From the IMG/VR virus record IMGVR_UViG_3300031414_000019, positions 1 through 64,000 of that record: a stretch of DNA of 64,000 bases; one strand, written 5' to 3'. Source of the DNA: an uncultured virus (IMG/VR IMGVR_UViG_3300031414_000019). Its lineage: Duplodnaviria; Heunggongvirae; Uroviricota; Caudoviricetes. Under the pieces are notes generated by a model. That model was not told the origin of the DNA. It made no database searches and worked only from the letters and a program-made list of their open reading frames with translations. Within the stretch, counting starts at the first letter, position 1, and the number at the start of each line of letters is the position of its first letter. Below are positions 1 to 9,108 of this stretch, piece by piece. A program made the translations under genes and the position numbers.

Positions 1-2
1 TG

Positions 3-323
3 TCTCTGGAAGAGCGTGAGAAGATCATCATGGAGCTGGTACCTAACGCAACCATCACTGGTTACGCTAACCGTATCACTTTCAACGCACACTTCCTGTA
101 CGCGCTGGCTAACGCAATCGCTGAATGTGGCACTACTATCAACGTGGTTGAAGCTGACCGTGTTGCGCGTGGTGACGATCGTATGGCGTTCTCTTACGCT
201 AACGAATTCGGCCAGGGCGCTAAGCCTCAGAACAACCTGACCACCTACGGTTACAGCTCTCCGGCTCGTAGCAACCGTGGTCCGGCTGCACCACAGTCTG
301 GCAACATCTGGTACGGTCAGTAA
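3..323 (+). CDS. chmA: Chimallin (major nuclear shell protein), C-terminal fragment, truncated by window start
   Basis: The frame is open from base 3 (SLEEREKIIMELVPNATITGYANRITFNAHFLYALANA...). It lies directly upstream of the nvRNAP beta'-N gene, as phiKZ gp54 does to gp55. The ITGYAxRITFN segment and G/Y/P-rich tail resemble chimallin C-termini (from recall). Confidence 0.75.
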   Translation, partial: SLEEREKIIMELVPNATITGYANRITFNAHFLYALANAIAECGTTINVVEADRVARGDDRMAFSYANEFGQGAKPQNNLTTYGYSSPARSNRGPAAPQSGNIWYGQ

Positions 324-346
324 TAGTACCGTCTTGATGTAAAAAC

Positions 347-372
347 TAAGGGGAGCTTCGGCTCCCCTTATG
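347..372 (+). terminator. Hairpin terminator after chimallin
   Basis: TAAGGGGAGC-TTCG-GCTCCCCTTA is a perfect stem with a UUCG loop, running into TTATG. Confidence 0.75.
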
Positions 373-404
373 TCCGCCTTTCTATTTTTGTATGTGAGGT
401 CTAA

Positions 405-1898
405 ATGCGCGTAAGAGACTTTATGTTAACAATCAATGCGGATTCACTTCCCATTGAGTACGGCATCAGTCAAGAAGTAACGGACTTCGATAAAGAAATC
501 ACGTTGCTGTCTTGTCGTCCGACTATTGTTAACGACATTGATTCCTCTACCGTTGAAGGGAAAGAGAAGCTCAACGCACTACTGATTACCAACTACAAAG
601 GCGATACGCTGCCAATACTGCCGTCCTGTGACTGTGGTAAATGGAAAGGCGAACGCTTCGTTGGTAAGATCTGCGAAGACTGCTCCTATATGGTACTCCC
701 TGCCACAGAGAGACCGATAGAATCGAATGTCTGGATTGCAGCACCTGAGGGGGTGCATGGTTTAATCAATCCGGTCTTCTGGGCGATATTCTCAAAGCTG
801 TTAACCTTCAGCGGCAACAACGTTTTAGAGTGGCTGGTTAGTTCTAGCTACAGACCGCAAAGCGATAACCTGCAAGTGTTCGACATCATGCAGGGATACA
901 CTATGCGTAACGGCGAACCCTTCCGTCGCGGATTGAATAATTTCATTGAGAACTTCGATGGGATTATGGAGCTGCTGACAGACGGTAAAACCATTCGTTC
1001 TATCGCGCCAGGTATGCGTGTCAAGATGCGTGAGTTCATTCAGATGAACCGGTCGCGGTTATTCTGTAAGTTCTTACCGATACCCAATAAACTGGCTATT
1101 GTCATGGAGCATACCCCAACCGGTACGTATTCCAATGAGACGCCAGCGGGCACAGCGCTGGATGCAGTTCGATCTATCGCCAGTATCCGTGCTACACCAA
1201 TGCCACTCTCACAGACAAAGTGTGAGAACCGTTGTGTGTTAGCGGTTAAACAACTGTCTAGCTATTATGCTATTCAGTTCCGTGACTCCCTGGGTACCAA
1301 ACGCGGGTGGAACCGTAAACATGGTGTTGGTTCACGCCAAGACTTCTCGTTCCGTGCTGTAATCAGTTCAATCACTGAACCGCACCATTACGAAGAAGTA
1401 CATTTACCATGGGGTCTGGCTGTGAGTATCTTTACGGTACACATTGCTAACTACCTCACTGCACAGGGCCTGAACCCTAATGAGATCGAACGGCGTCTGC
1501 ACTGGGCAACCATGCACTACGACCAGGAGATTGATGACCTCTTTAAGAAGATCATCGCGGATTCAGATGACAAAGGTCCAGCCATGTTGCTGAACCGTAA
1601 CCCAACCCTGTCGTCTAAGTCCATTCAGTTACTGCAAATCACGAAAGTGAAGACAGACCTGAAAGATGTAACGATCGGCATCTCCGTGCTTATCCTGGTC
1701 AGCTTCAACGCAGACTTCGATGGTGATGCACTCAACGGTAAGCTGATTACTGACCGTTACATGCGTCGTATGTTGGAACCACTGCGCCCACACGTAGGTG
1801 TGTTGGATGTAGGTCAACCACGTAAGATATCCGGTAACATCACGATACCGGCACCTATCCTGGCCACAGCTGCTAACTGGCTGTACGGGGAAGATTAA
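405..1898 (+). CDS. Non-virion multisubunit RNA polymerase beta' N-terminal subunit (phiKZ gp55-like)
   Basis: Catalytic NADFDGD motif, a zinc-binding CxC...CxxC (SCDCG...ICEDC), LLNRNPTL and RAVISS motifs. GAGG RBS. Confidence 0.95.
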   Translation: MRVRDFMLTINADSLPIEYGISQEVTDFDKEITLLSCRPTIVNDIDSSTVEGKEKLNALLITNYKGDTLPILPSCDCGKWKGERFVGKICEDCSYMVLPATERPIESNVWIAAPEGVHGLINPVFWAIFSKLLTFSGNNVLEWLVSSSYRPQSDNLQVFDIMQGYTMRNGEPFRRGLNNFIENFDGIMELLTDGKTIRSIAPGMRVKMREFIQMNRSRLFCKFLPIPNKLAIVMEHTPTGTYSNETPAGTALDAVRSIASIRATPMPLSQTKCENRCVLAVKQLSSYYAIQFRDSLGTKRGWNRKHGVGSRQDFSFRAVISSITEPHHYEEVHLPWGLAVSIFTVHIANYLTAQGLNPNEIERRLHWATMHYDQEIDDLFKKIIADSDDKGPAMLLNRNPTLSSKSIQLLQITKVKTDLKDVTIGISVLILVSFNADFDGDALNGKLITDRYMRRMLEPLRPHVGVLDVGQPRKISGNITIPAPILATAANWLYGED

Positions 1899-1903
1899 TA
1901 TCG

Positions 1904-1932
1904 GGCAGGGGTAAAACCCTGCCACTTATTTT
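1904..1932 (+). terminator. Hairpin terminator
   Basis: GGCAGGG-gtaaaa-CCCTGCC followed by acttatttt. Confidence 0.6.
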
Positions 1933-1949
1933 GTCACTAAGGAAATGAA

Positions 1950-2342
1950 ATGGGATTAGATATTACAATTGTTAAAGGTCGAGTGCACCCGTCGCATCTG
2001 CCTGACATGCAAATGGGTAAAACCGTCGGCCCTGGTTTACTGTTCGACGGACAGGAGATCGTGCAGGTCACCACCGATGTGTACTATCAGCGTCGTATGT
2101 TCAAAGTGCGTGACGTACTGGTTAAGGTACTGAACAACGGTAGTGAATCCGAGTATCATCTACTCACGCCTAGTCGCGTGTCCGGCATTATCGATGAGGC
2201 AACAAACGAAGCTAAGCGTTTGTCAGGTCTGCCAGACGATACTTATTTCGATGAGGTACAACCTCTGTTAGACTTGGCTTCTTGTATGCGTGAAATCCAG
2301 CGCGACGAAGAAGATGAACTTTACTTTGCAATCTGGGGGTAG
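1950..2342 (+). CDS. Hypothetical protein
   Basis: 130 aa ORF with AAGGA RBS, co-directional with its neighbours. Confidence 0.75.
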   Translation: MGLDITIVKGRVHPSHLPDMQMGKTVGPGLLFDGQEIVQVTTDVYYQRRMFKVRDVLVKVLNNGSESEYHLLTPSRVSGIIDEATNEAKRLSGLPDDTYFDEVQPLLDLASCMREIQRDEEDELYFAIWG

Positions 2343-2345
2343 TGG

Positions 2346-2633
2346 ATGGGCGTCATTAACGCGATTGAAATAGCTGACGTGCTGAAACGAATGGAAACCA
2401 CCGACGTAACCGAACAGGAAAATGTTGTTTATGCGCAACAGCTGGGTGAGAACATTCGTCTGGGTGGGGTCTTTAGCGCAATTGTTCCGGAAATGAACAC
2501 TGCGTTCCTGACCGAGTATCTGTGCAAACTCTGTGGGCAGTTTAGAAATACACCGGTGCCTCTTTTCGTTGGGGAGATGCGCTTCTCTCGCGTCCGTGGG
2601 TTAGTTGTTGTAACCAGTTACCTCTTTCATTAA
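2346..2633 (+). CDS. Hypothetical protein
   Basis: 95 aa ORF tightly packed in the operon. Confidence 0.7.
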   Translation: MGVINAIEIADVLKRMETTDVTEQENVVYAQQLGENIRLGGVFSAIVPEMNTAFLTEYLCKLCGQFRNTPVPLFVGEMRFSRVRGLVVVTSYLFH

Positions 2634-2645
2634 TAAAGGATTCAA

Positions 2646-3020
2646 ATGAAACGTCTCAGTAAAGCATTCTTCAACGCAGCTGTAGTTCTGCTGTCCGATG
2701 CACAGCGCGCGGGTATGAACGTCTATGGTACGATCAGCGACAAAGACCTCCCGGCTGGCTGCACTCACTGGTTTAATAGCAGCATCACTGCCCCAGATGT
2801 GACGGTACAATCTTTGGGTAAACTACTGGAAACGGTAGAAGCTATGGAATACGACGATGGTACCATTGGCGCTATTGCCAGTATTTGCATTAGTAAAGAG
2901 CGTGACCAGGTGCGACTGAAAGCGAGTGTTGTTCGTTATGCGCCTATGACCGAACAACAAATGCGTGACCTGTTAACTACAGGACACCGCGATTATTTCA
3001 ATGACTGGACGGGTAAATAA
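2646..3020 (+). CDS. Hypothetical protein
   Basis: 124 aa ORF with AAGGA RBS. Confidence 0.75.
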   Translation: MKRLSKAFFNAAVVLLSDAQRAGMNVYGTISDKDLPAGCTHWFNSSITAPDVTVQSLGKLLETVEAMEYDDGTIGAIASICISKERDQVRLKASVVRYAPMTEQQMRDLLTTGHRDYFNDWTGK

Positions 3021-3329
3021 ATGAGCAAGTTTGAAACCGACGTATCGCTGGTAAACAGCTCAGCAGATTCTTATCTGGAACAGTGGGAAGCCGGCCACGA
3101 TGTCGCCGTAGGTATCGGGTTGGGTACGACCATCCCGCATAGCGAACTACTGCGCCACGTTAGTAAGGTCTATTCCGACTTTACTCGCGAAAGCTTTGAT
3201 GACTTTGCAAAGGAGGTCATTAAACAAACTACTGGCGGTACCACTGAGCAATATGTGAAGTATATGCAAGTGGGGTATACCAAAGAAGGCTTCCTTCTGG
3301 TGGCCACCGTTTACGCATTAAAGCCTTAA
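3021..3329 (+). CDS. Hypothetical protein
   Basis: 102 aa ORF abutting the previous stop. Confidence 0.7.
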   Translation: MSKFETDVSLVNSSADSYLEQWEAGHDVAVGIGLGTTIPHSELLRHVSKVYSDFTRESFDDFAKEVIKQTTGGTTEQYVKYMQVGYTKEGFLLVATVYALKP

Positions 3330-3376
3330 GTTAAAAACTACAGGCTACCTCAATAGTGTGTCAATACGAAAGACTA

Positions 3377-3393
3377 TTGAAATATATATTATC
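3377..3393 (+). promoter_or_regulatory. Putative early (virion RNAP) promoter
   Basis: TTGAAATATATATTATC, one of five near-identical intergenic copies. It resembles the phiKZ early TATATTAC element. Confidence 0.65.
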
Positions 3394-3431
3394 ACCTGAC
3401 AAGTAAAACTGTCAGGTTTAAGGAGTCCAAA

Positions 3432-3788
3432 ATGGTAGCTGTTGTTAACATGGATCTTATCGCTGAACGCTTTGGCGATATTGATTCTGCTAAGTTAGTG
3501 TTCAATGGTTCGAGTGAACCATTGGAGTACTACATCAAACAGCCGGGTGAGAATAACTCGGCTACGTCGATAGAGCCTACCGAAGCTGAAATAGGCGCGG
3601 GTATTGCCATCGAATCTGTTAGCGGACGTCAGATCCTAAAGGACACCTCGTTTGAGCAGTTATGCTCAGGTTTACTGGCATCGATAGCTTGCCTTAAAGG
3701 GCTTTATCGTTCAGTAGATCTTGAGTCGGTCTCACTGCGGGGTCAACCTGGGGGCGTGTACGTAGTCTACAAGTTTAAGGCGGTATAA
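3432..3788 (+). CDS. Hypothetical protein
   Basis: 118 aa ORF with strong AAGGAG RBS, downstream of the promoter motif. Confidence 0.8.
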   Translation: MVAVVNMDLIAERFGDIDSAKLVFNGSSEPLEYYIKQPGENNSATSIEPTEAEIGAGIAIESVSGRQILKDTSFEQLCSGLLASIACLKGLYRSVDLESVSLRGQPGGVYVVYKFKAV

Positions 3789-3789
3789 A

Positions 3790-4413
3790 ATGGCAAACGT
3801 AATCGAAGGCGGCAGTGCCGCATTTGACTACTTACTGTATGGTGAACGCGATCGTGGGTTTGCTAACTATCTGGACCAAATGCGAGATGAGGCGGTTAAG
3901 CACTTAGGCTCTACAGCACAGCAGTTTGTGATGAAGACCAAAGAAAGCGTAGAGCGTTTCTATGGTTCGGATGCAATGCGCTTGGCTCGTGCCGCAGTGC
4001 GTAAGGTGGCCAGTCTGTATGCGATCGATGAGATCTATGAATTGGCTAACATTGGTCAGCTACAGCATGCACCACCTAAGATGCTGCCGTACGTTATGGC
4101 TGAACCCGAACTGCGTGAGCTTTATCACAAACAGCGGGTTGAAGGCTACGGTAAAGATTATATCGATTACCAGCCTGGCGTTGTGGGTGAGGGTCATAAC
4201 GAGTACGAGCAAGTTGTTGATGGTATCTTCATGCAGTCGGAAGACGATGAAGAAGCGTGCATCGCAACGTCCTATCTGCACCATGACGAGGATACTCTCC
4301 TTGACCATGACCAGCAAATGGGTATCATGCTTGTTACCTGGGAGCAGGTTCGTATCGCACTTGCGAAAGGTAAAGAAGATCCGACTTCACGGTTTAACGC
4401 GACACTGGGTTAA
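3790..4413 (+). CDS. Conserved Chimalliviridae core protein (phiKZ gp59-like; Imp3 candidate)
   Basis: 207 aa ORF in the gp59 position between beta'-N and the gp61/gp62/SbcD block. The assignment rests mainly on synteny. Confidence 0.55.
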   Translation: MANVIEGGSAAFDYLLYGERDRGFANYLDQMRDEAVKHLGSTAQQFVMKTKESVERFYGSDAMRLARAAVRKVASLYAIDEIYELANIGQLQHAPPKMLPYVMAEPELRELYHKQRVEGYGKDYIDYQPGVVGEGHNEYEQVVDGIFMQSEDDEEACIATSYLHHDEDTLLDHDQQMGIMLVTWEQVRIALAKGKEDPTSRFNATLG

Positions 4414-4419
4414 TACTAC

Positions 4420-4461
4420 GCCTCTCCTTCGGGAGAGGCTATTATGCTCCTTTTCTTTTTT
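4420..4461 (+). terminator. Rho-independent terminator
   Basis: GCCTCTCC-TTCG-GGAGAGGC, then TATTATGC and a T-tract. Confidence 0.75.
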
Positions 4462-4518
4462 ACACAGACGGCCAATCTATCGAAGGCAATTGTATGTTAA
4501 TTGTTAAGGAGATTGTCC

Positions 4519-4920
4519 ATGAAAAGACCATACCCAAGTTTGTCAACAAAGGGTTGGATTGAAGACGTCCCTGGTGTGATTGATTCAGTTGTCGCAAATT
4601 TCTTTTTGACACATCCATCACTCAGTGTTGAATTCAAAAACAGCATCAAATCACTGCCGGCTATCATCCAACAGTCTGGTAATGATGAAGGCGCAATACA
4701 AACAGATATCGGCAACTCCCTGACTGAATTATTGGGGCGATACTTTGATAAACCTGTTGTAGAAGCACGCGTTACGTATCCAGATACCGATGACCTCACT
4801 CGCATGAATGTCAGTGTGTATATGGCAGTAGAACGCGATGGCACATCTTACAACGTGGCTCGTGAGCTTTCGACCACGAACGGTAAGGTTGTTGGGATTA
4901 TGGAGATAAACAATGGCTGA
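4519..4920 (+). CDS. Conserved core protein (phiKZ gp61-like; possible baseplate wedge gp25-like fold)
   Basis: The ATG at 4519 has an AAGGAG RBS and is preferred over the TTG at 4501. N-terminus PSLSTKGW; synteny. Confidence 0.6.
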   Translation: MKRPYPSLSTKGWIEDVPGVIDSVVANFFLTHPSLSVEFKNSIKSLPAIIQQSGNDEGAIQTDIGNSLTELLGRYFDKPVVEARVTYPDTDDLTRMNVSVYMAVERDGTSYNVARELSTTNGKVVGIMEINNG

Positions 4921-5509
4921 GCCAAAGAAACCCGTGGTCGACAAACAGACCATGAACGCGGTGAAGTTCATCGTGGAGCAAACGAAACTGGATGTTCCAC
5001 AAATAGGTTACGATCTGTTTGTTCGGGATTTCCTTCCTTTATTAGCATCGCCCCCTGAGCGTGACAAAGATGGAGAAATCGTTCCCCGCGACTTAACAGC
5101 GTGGATGAGCATCTGTATGCATCCATCTAATCCGGTTCAAGTGCTTAATCGAGATGGTTCGGTTAAATTCACTGTTCCTCCTCTCGTCGGCACGATACCT
5201 ACTTACTACGCTGCACCACGCGGTGGGATAATGGGCATTGCTGCTGAGGCGATGGAAAAGCGCAACCAACATCCGGTATACGGTGAACGTTATCTGGCTA
5301 ACGCTTTGGCTGTTTCTTTAAAAGACCAAAAGCAGTTAGACGACGACCGTACCAAAGAGTGGAACAACGTGCTGGTAGAGCATGGTTACCCGCCGCTGCC
5401 TGGATTCCCGGACCATCGTGTTGATGATCCCAAATCTGATACAACCGCTGCCGCAGCACCTGCTCAACCGTCTCGTGTAATAACGGACAACGACTACGAT
5501 GACCTGTAG
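4913..5509 (+). CDS. Conserved core protein (phiKZ gp62-like)
   Basis: 198 aa, overlaps both neighbours, GGAG RBS. Assignment by synteny. Confidence 0.6.
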   Translation: MAEPKKPVVDKQTMNAVKFIVEQTKLDVPQIGYDLFVRDFLPLLASPPERDKDGEIVPRDLTAWMSICMHPSNPVQVLNRDGSVKFTVPPLVGTIPTYYAAPRGGIMGIAAEAMEKRNQHPVYGERYLANALAVSLKDQKQLDDDRTKEWNNVLVEHGYPPLPGFPDHRVDDPKSDTTAAAAPAQPSRVITDNDYDDL

Positions 5510-6662
5510 ATTCACAAACACAAAGAACCCAAATTACCTGTACATCGCAGAGCTTTCCGATATTCACCTGGGGCATGCACGTACACCAACTGAGCACATC
5601 ACAACCAACCTGTTAAAAGCGTTCCCTGATAACCCAGAGACCGCCGAGTTAGACATTATCATCTATGCGGGTGACGTGTTGGACCAGTTGATAAATCTGC
5701 CTAAGTCGTCAGTGGTGACAGAGGTGGAGCTTTGGATATTGAATCACCTGGTCCTCTGTGCCAAACACGATATTGAAGTATATATCGTAGAAGGTACGCC
5801 TCGCCATGATCGCAAACAAAGTTATCTGTTTGAGCACATCAACACGATGTACAACATCGGTGCTAAGATCACGTACGTCCAGAAACTGTCTGTGGTGCGT
5901 TCTGCCAAATGGAACGCCACCTTCCTATTCGTACCCGATGAACATGCGGCTGATCAACACCAGGTCTATCTTGATGCTGCTAAAGCTGTTCGTGATGCCG
6001 GGTTAGAAAAGGTAGACTTTGGTATCATGCACAGTGCATTCGAATACCACTATCCGCCTGGATTGAACTTGCCTGCGTTGGACTCTGACTTATTCTTAAC
6101 ACTGGTACGTGAGTGGATCTTCATTGGTCACATTCATGTTAAGCAGGTTAATCGTCGGATTATCAATGCCGGTAGTTTTGACAGACTGACGTTTGGTGAG
6201 GAAGAACCCAAAGGGCACTTCCGTGTTAAAGCTTACGGTAATGACACCGTAGGCGATGAAGTCACTTTCGTAGAGAATGTCGGCGCTAAGCGTTACGATA
6301 CAATCGATGTGTCGGGTTTAACATTGCCTGATGTGGAGATTGCGGTCAAGGCTAAGAACATGCCGATGGGTTCTAACCTGCGTCTTCTCTGTAACAAGGA
6401 TGACCAGGCTTTCTTCGCAGAACGTGAGCTACAAGCCACGTTTGACACATTCCGCTTAGTGGTCAATGGGAAGAAAGTAAAAGAGTCCAGTGTTGCGAAA
6501 GTCGATCCCCTGAAACCAACCCGCGCAGTCATAAGCGTAGACATTACGCCGATAAACGTGAAACGGATGCTATTGAACAGGATGGAACTCATGGAGTCTC
6601 CCCCCGACGATGCAACCGTTCAAAGACTGTCGCTCCTGTTAGATGGGATGATAGATGGATAG
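5499..6662 (+). CDS. sbcD: SbcD/Mre11-like metallophosphoesterase nuclease (phiKZ gp65-like)
   Basis: Calcineurin-like motifs SDIHLG, AGD, EGTPRHD (GNHD variant), IMH, IGHIH, and GSFDRLTFGEE-PKG. Confidence 0.9.
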   Translation: MTCRFTNTKNPNYLYIAELSDIHLGHARTPTEHITTNLLKAFPDNPETAELDIIIYAGDVLDQLINLPKSSVVTEVELWILNHLVLCAKHDIEVYIVEGTPRHDRKQSYLFEHINTMYNIGAKITYVQKLSVVRSAKWNATFLFVPDEHAADQHQVYLDAAKAVRDAGLEKVDFGIMHSAFEYHYPPGLNLPALDSDLFLTLVREWIFIGHIHVKQVNRRIINAGSFDRLTFGEEEPKGHFRVKAYGNDTVGDEVTFVENVGAKRYDTIDVSGLTLPDVEIAVKAKNMPMGSNLRLLCNKDDQAFFAERELQATFDTFRLVVNGKKVKESSVAKVDPLKPTRAVISVDITPINVKRMLLNRMELMESPPDDATVQRLSLLLDGMIDG

Positions 6663-7470
6663 CATGCAGTTTGCGCTGGGACGGGAGGTAGGTGACCTCC
6701 CGGTCTCTATTGGGACTTCGTTGGCTTTTGAAAGCGTGTTCGCTACGAATGCGTTGGATAATTACGACGTAGTTCTGATCAATCTTAGGACAATGGTGCG
6801 GAATTTCTACTCCGCATTTAAGTCCGGTGTTGGTGAACAAGTAGACCCGGCAGATGCTGCACTTATTGTGGTAGACGAGCTTCAAACCCTCGTCTCTCAA
6901 TTTAAGAAGGCTATCCCAGTGGTTTACGTGTCCAACTATGCAGACATTGAGCGTTTTTTACCTGGGTGTGTTCCTATGGTACACCGGGGTGAGAAGCGTA
7001 TTCTTTTGAACGCACTAGAGGAGGATGCTGTAGCAGCAATACTCAGGCAAGGTACCATTAAGGTGGAATGCTTTGAGACCTGTAAGCTACAGTTTAAAAT
7101 CAAGGGCCGTGCCCTACTATTCTCGCATGTCGTCACAGACCTTTTTATCCGCTATGACTTCACTACTCTCGATCTATTAGAATCGTATACTGCCGCTATT
7201 AAAGAACGCCATCAATGGTACACGAAACTTACCAATGGTAAGGAACTGACCTGTATGCCGTTTAATAAGTTCACATTGGCGGTCTTCGGTGACAAATCGG
7301 TCTACTTGTCCCCACAAGGCTTAAGCGTTCGCAGGCGGTTACTGGCACTCGCCGAGGCTGAGCATTGGACGACAATCACGTCGATGGAGAAAATCCATAG
7401 CGACCTGAAAAAGTTAGAGGCTGGTGAAATAAAGGACCAACTGATATCGCTGTCCAGTCGATATTTGTAA
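6655..7470 (+). CDS. Conserved core protein (phiKZ gp66-like), possible degenerate 5'-nuclease/FEN fold
   Basis: 271 aa, overlapping the SbcD stop. VVLINLRT, EEDA, SHVVTDL and VFGDKS loosely follow FEN/T4 RNase H motif spacing. Confidence 0.55.
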   Translation: MDSMQFALGREVGDLPVSIGTSLAFESVFATNALDNYDVVLINLRTMVRNFYSAFKSGVGEQVDPADAALIVVDELQTLVSQFKKAIPVVYVSNYADIERFLPGCVPMVHRGEKRILLNALEEDAVAAILRQGTIKVECFETCKLQFKIKGRALLFSHVVTDLFIRYDFTTLDLLESYTAAIKERHQWYTKLTNGKELTCMPFNKFTLAVFGDKSVYLSPQGLSVRRRLLALAEAEHWTTITSMEKIHSDLKKLEAGEIKDQLISLSSRYL

Positions 7471-7524
7471 CTTTCTACATTCCTGTAGGATGCTATAGGA
7501 ACTAACAATGACTTGGAGTATTCA

Positions 7525-8943
7525 ATGTCTGACAATGAACAGAAACCCGCACAGCGTAATATCCTCAGCGAGTTTAAGACTCGCTTGATTGGACGCCCTG
7601 TGGATGGGGCTAAGAAAGCACCAACGTTTGCTTTCACCATTAACGACAAAAATGATGTGTCTATCAAAGCGTATAGCAACATCGAAGGGGATCGTGGTAA
7701 CGGTATGATCTCTGGACGTGGCGACATCAGTGTGCTGTTTATGATCACTGCGCTGGTGCGTGCTGCCGTGTCCTGTAAAGGTCCATTTAAACGCACTGTA
7801 AAGCACGAAGACCATTCATTTATTCGTGGTCAACGTTCTGAACGTCCGATGTGGCAGTTCGATCTGGATATCGTACGTGACGCAGGTGACGCCGATGTTC
7901 GTCTGGTTCTGCGCTCCTACAACCGTGCCGATCTGGAGTTCTACTTCCGTCCAAGCGATTACCATCGTATCGTGGATGGAGAGGGTCGCGAGCTGAGCAC
8001 AGCCGAGCTAGCAGATGGTTACGCGCTGGGGTGGTGTGAGATGGTCGAAGACCTTGCCTCTGACCTGCTTAAAGACTATCAGGTTCGTTTCTATACTGAA
8101 ACTGACCAGCGTACCGTTGAAGGTCGTCCGCCGTCACTGGTATTCGGTAGTATCGCAAACAACCCTCGTGCCACGGTGTTTACCAACATCGAAGCAGATC
8201 AGCATAATAACAAAGGCATGATTGCTGGTAAGATCGACGCGCCAGTATTCTACGCCTATTGTCAGTTGCTGGGTCAGGCAGTCAGTGCTCCTGCTGGCTG
8301 GCGTCGTGGTATTAAGAACTACGGTAACGGACCTAAGCAGCAGAATGGTCGTTGGGGTGAGAAGGTTCACGAAACGACTATGGTTGTTGGTAAGAACGAA
8401 CAGGGTGTTATCTACATCGCCGTTCTCGACCAGGACCGCTCACGTCCTAACCTTCAGTTCCCTCTTCAGTCTCATCGTCGCTACGCACTGCTGGATGAGA
8501 ACAGTAATCCAATGTCACCTGACCGCGTTTCTGCACTGATGGCTATCAGCTATAAGTCAGTGTTGGAACGTTCTGTGGCTAAGCACCTGAATAGCAACTA
8601 CGTTCAGCCTGATACGTCTCAGTGGACTAACAACCGTCAGGGTGGTAACGGCAACAACAACTGGGGTAATCGTCAGCAGGGTGGCCAACAGGGCGGACAG
8701 CGCAACTGGAACAATAATAACCAGGGTGGTGGCCAGCAACGTAACTGGAACAACAACGGAAACGGTAATGGCAACAACAATAACCGTGGCCAGGGAAACA
8801 ACCAGTACGGCGGCGGAAACAATCAGTCCCAGAGTGGTGGACAGCAGCATTCAGGCGGTAACCCGAATGGCGAAGTCCAGCAGCCTCAGGTTCTGAGTCG
8901 CGATAGCGCACCTGTGTCATTTGATGAAAGTATTCCTTTCTAG
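7525..8943 (+). CDS. chmC: ChmC-like nucleus-associated nucleic-acid-binding protein (phiKZ gp67/Imp6-like) with duplicated core domain
   Basis: Sits between gp66-like and gp68-like genes. ATG 7525 with GGAG RBS. Two homologous domains, an N/G/Q-rich disordered tail, and the C-terminus SFDESIPF. Confidence 0.7.
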   Translation: MSDNEQKPAQRNILSEFKTRLIGRPVDGAKKAPTFAFTINDKNDVSIKAYSNIEGDRGNGMISGRGDISVLFMITALVRAAVSCKGPFKRTVKHEDHSFIRGQRSERPMWQFDLDIVRDAGDADVRLVLRSYNRADLEFYFRPSDYHRIVDGEGRELSTAELADGYALGWCEMVEDLASDLLKDYQVRFYTETDQRTVEGRPPSLVFGSIANNPRATVFTNIEADQHNNKGMIAGKIDAPVFYAYCQLLGQAVSAPAGWRRGIKNYGNGPKQQNGRWGEKVHETTMVVGKNEQGVIYIAVLDQDRSRPNLQFPLQSHRRYALLDENSNPMSPDRVSALMAISYKSVLERSVAKHLNSNYVQPDTSQWTNNRQGGNGNNNWGNRQQGGQQGGQRNWNNNNQGGGQQRNWNNNGNGNGNNNNRGQGNNQYGGGNNQSQSGGQQHSGGNPNGEVQQPQVLSRDSAPVSFDESIPF

Positions 8944-8953
8944 GATAAACAGT

Positions 8954-8996
8954 GACATAAATCAGACAGGTCCAAAAGGACCTGTCTTTATGCCGT
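8954..8996. terminator. Hairpin terminator with GACATAA/TTATGCCG flanks
   Basis: AGACAGGTCC-AAAA-GGACCTGTCT perfect stem. Confidence 0.75.
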
Positions 8997-9108
8997 CTAG
9001 TATTTATTAACAAGCCCATGCATTGTTATGCAGTACAAACAATCCAATCGATCAACATGCGCAAGCGCCACTCATGGTGAGTGAGGACAAGCACGCAGGA
9101 GAATACAA

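Noticed and set aside
3962..4507. 181-aa alternative-frame ORF
   Set aside because: It overlaps the gp59-like gene and runs through a terminator. No RBS or protein-like motifs.
9000..9108. Intergenic hairpin CACTCA-tgg-TGAGTG as a possible ribozyme or riboswitch
   Set aside because: No hammerhead core (CUGANGA/GAAA) or other recognisable consensus. Too little structure to support a call.
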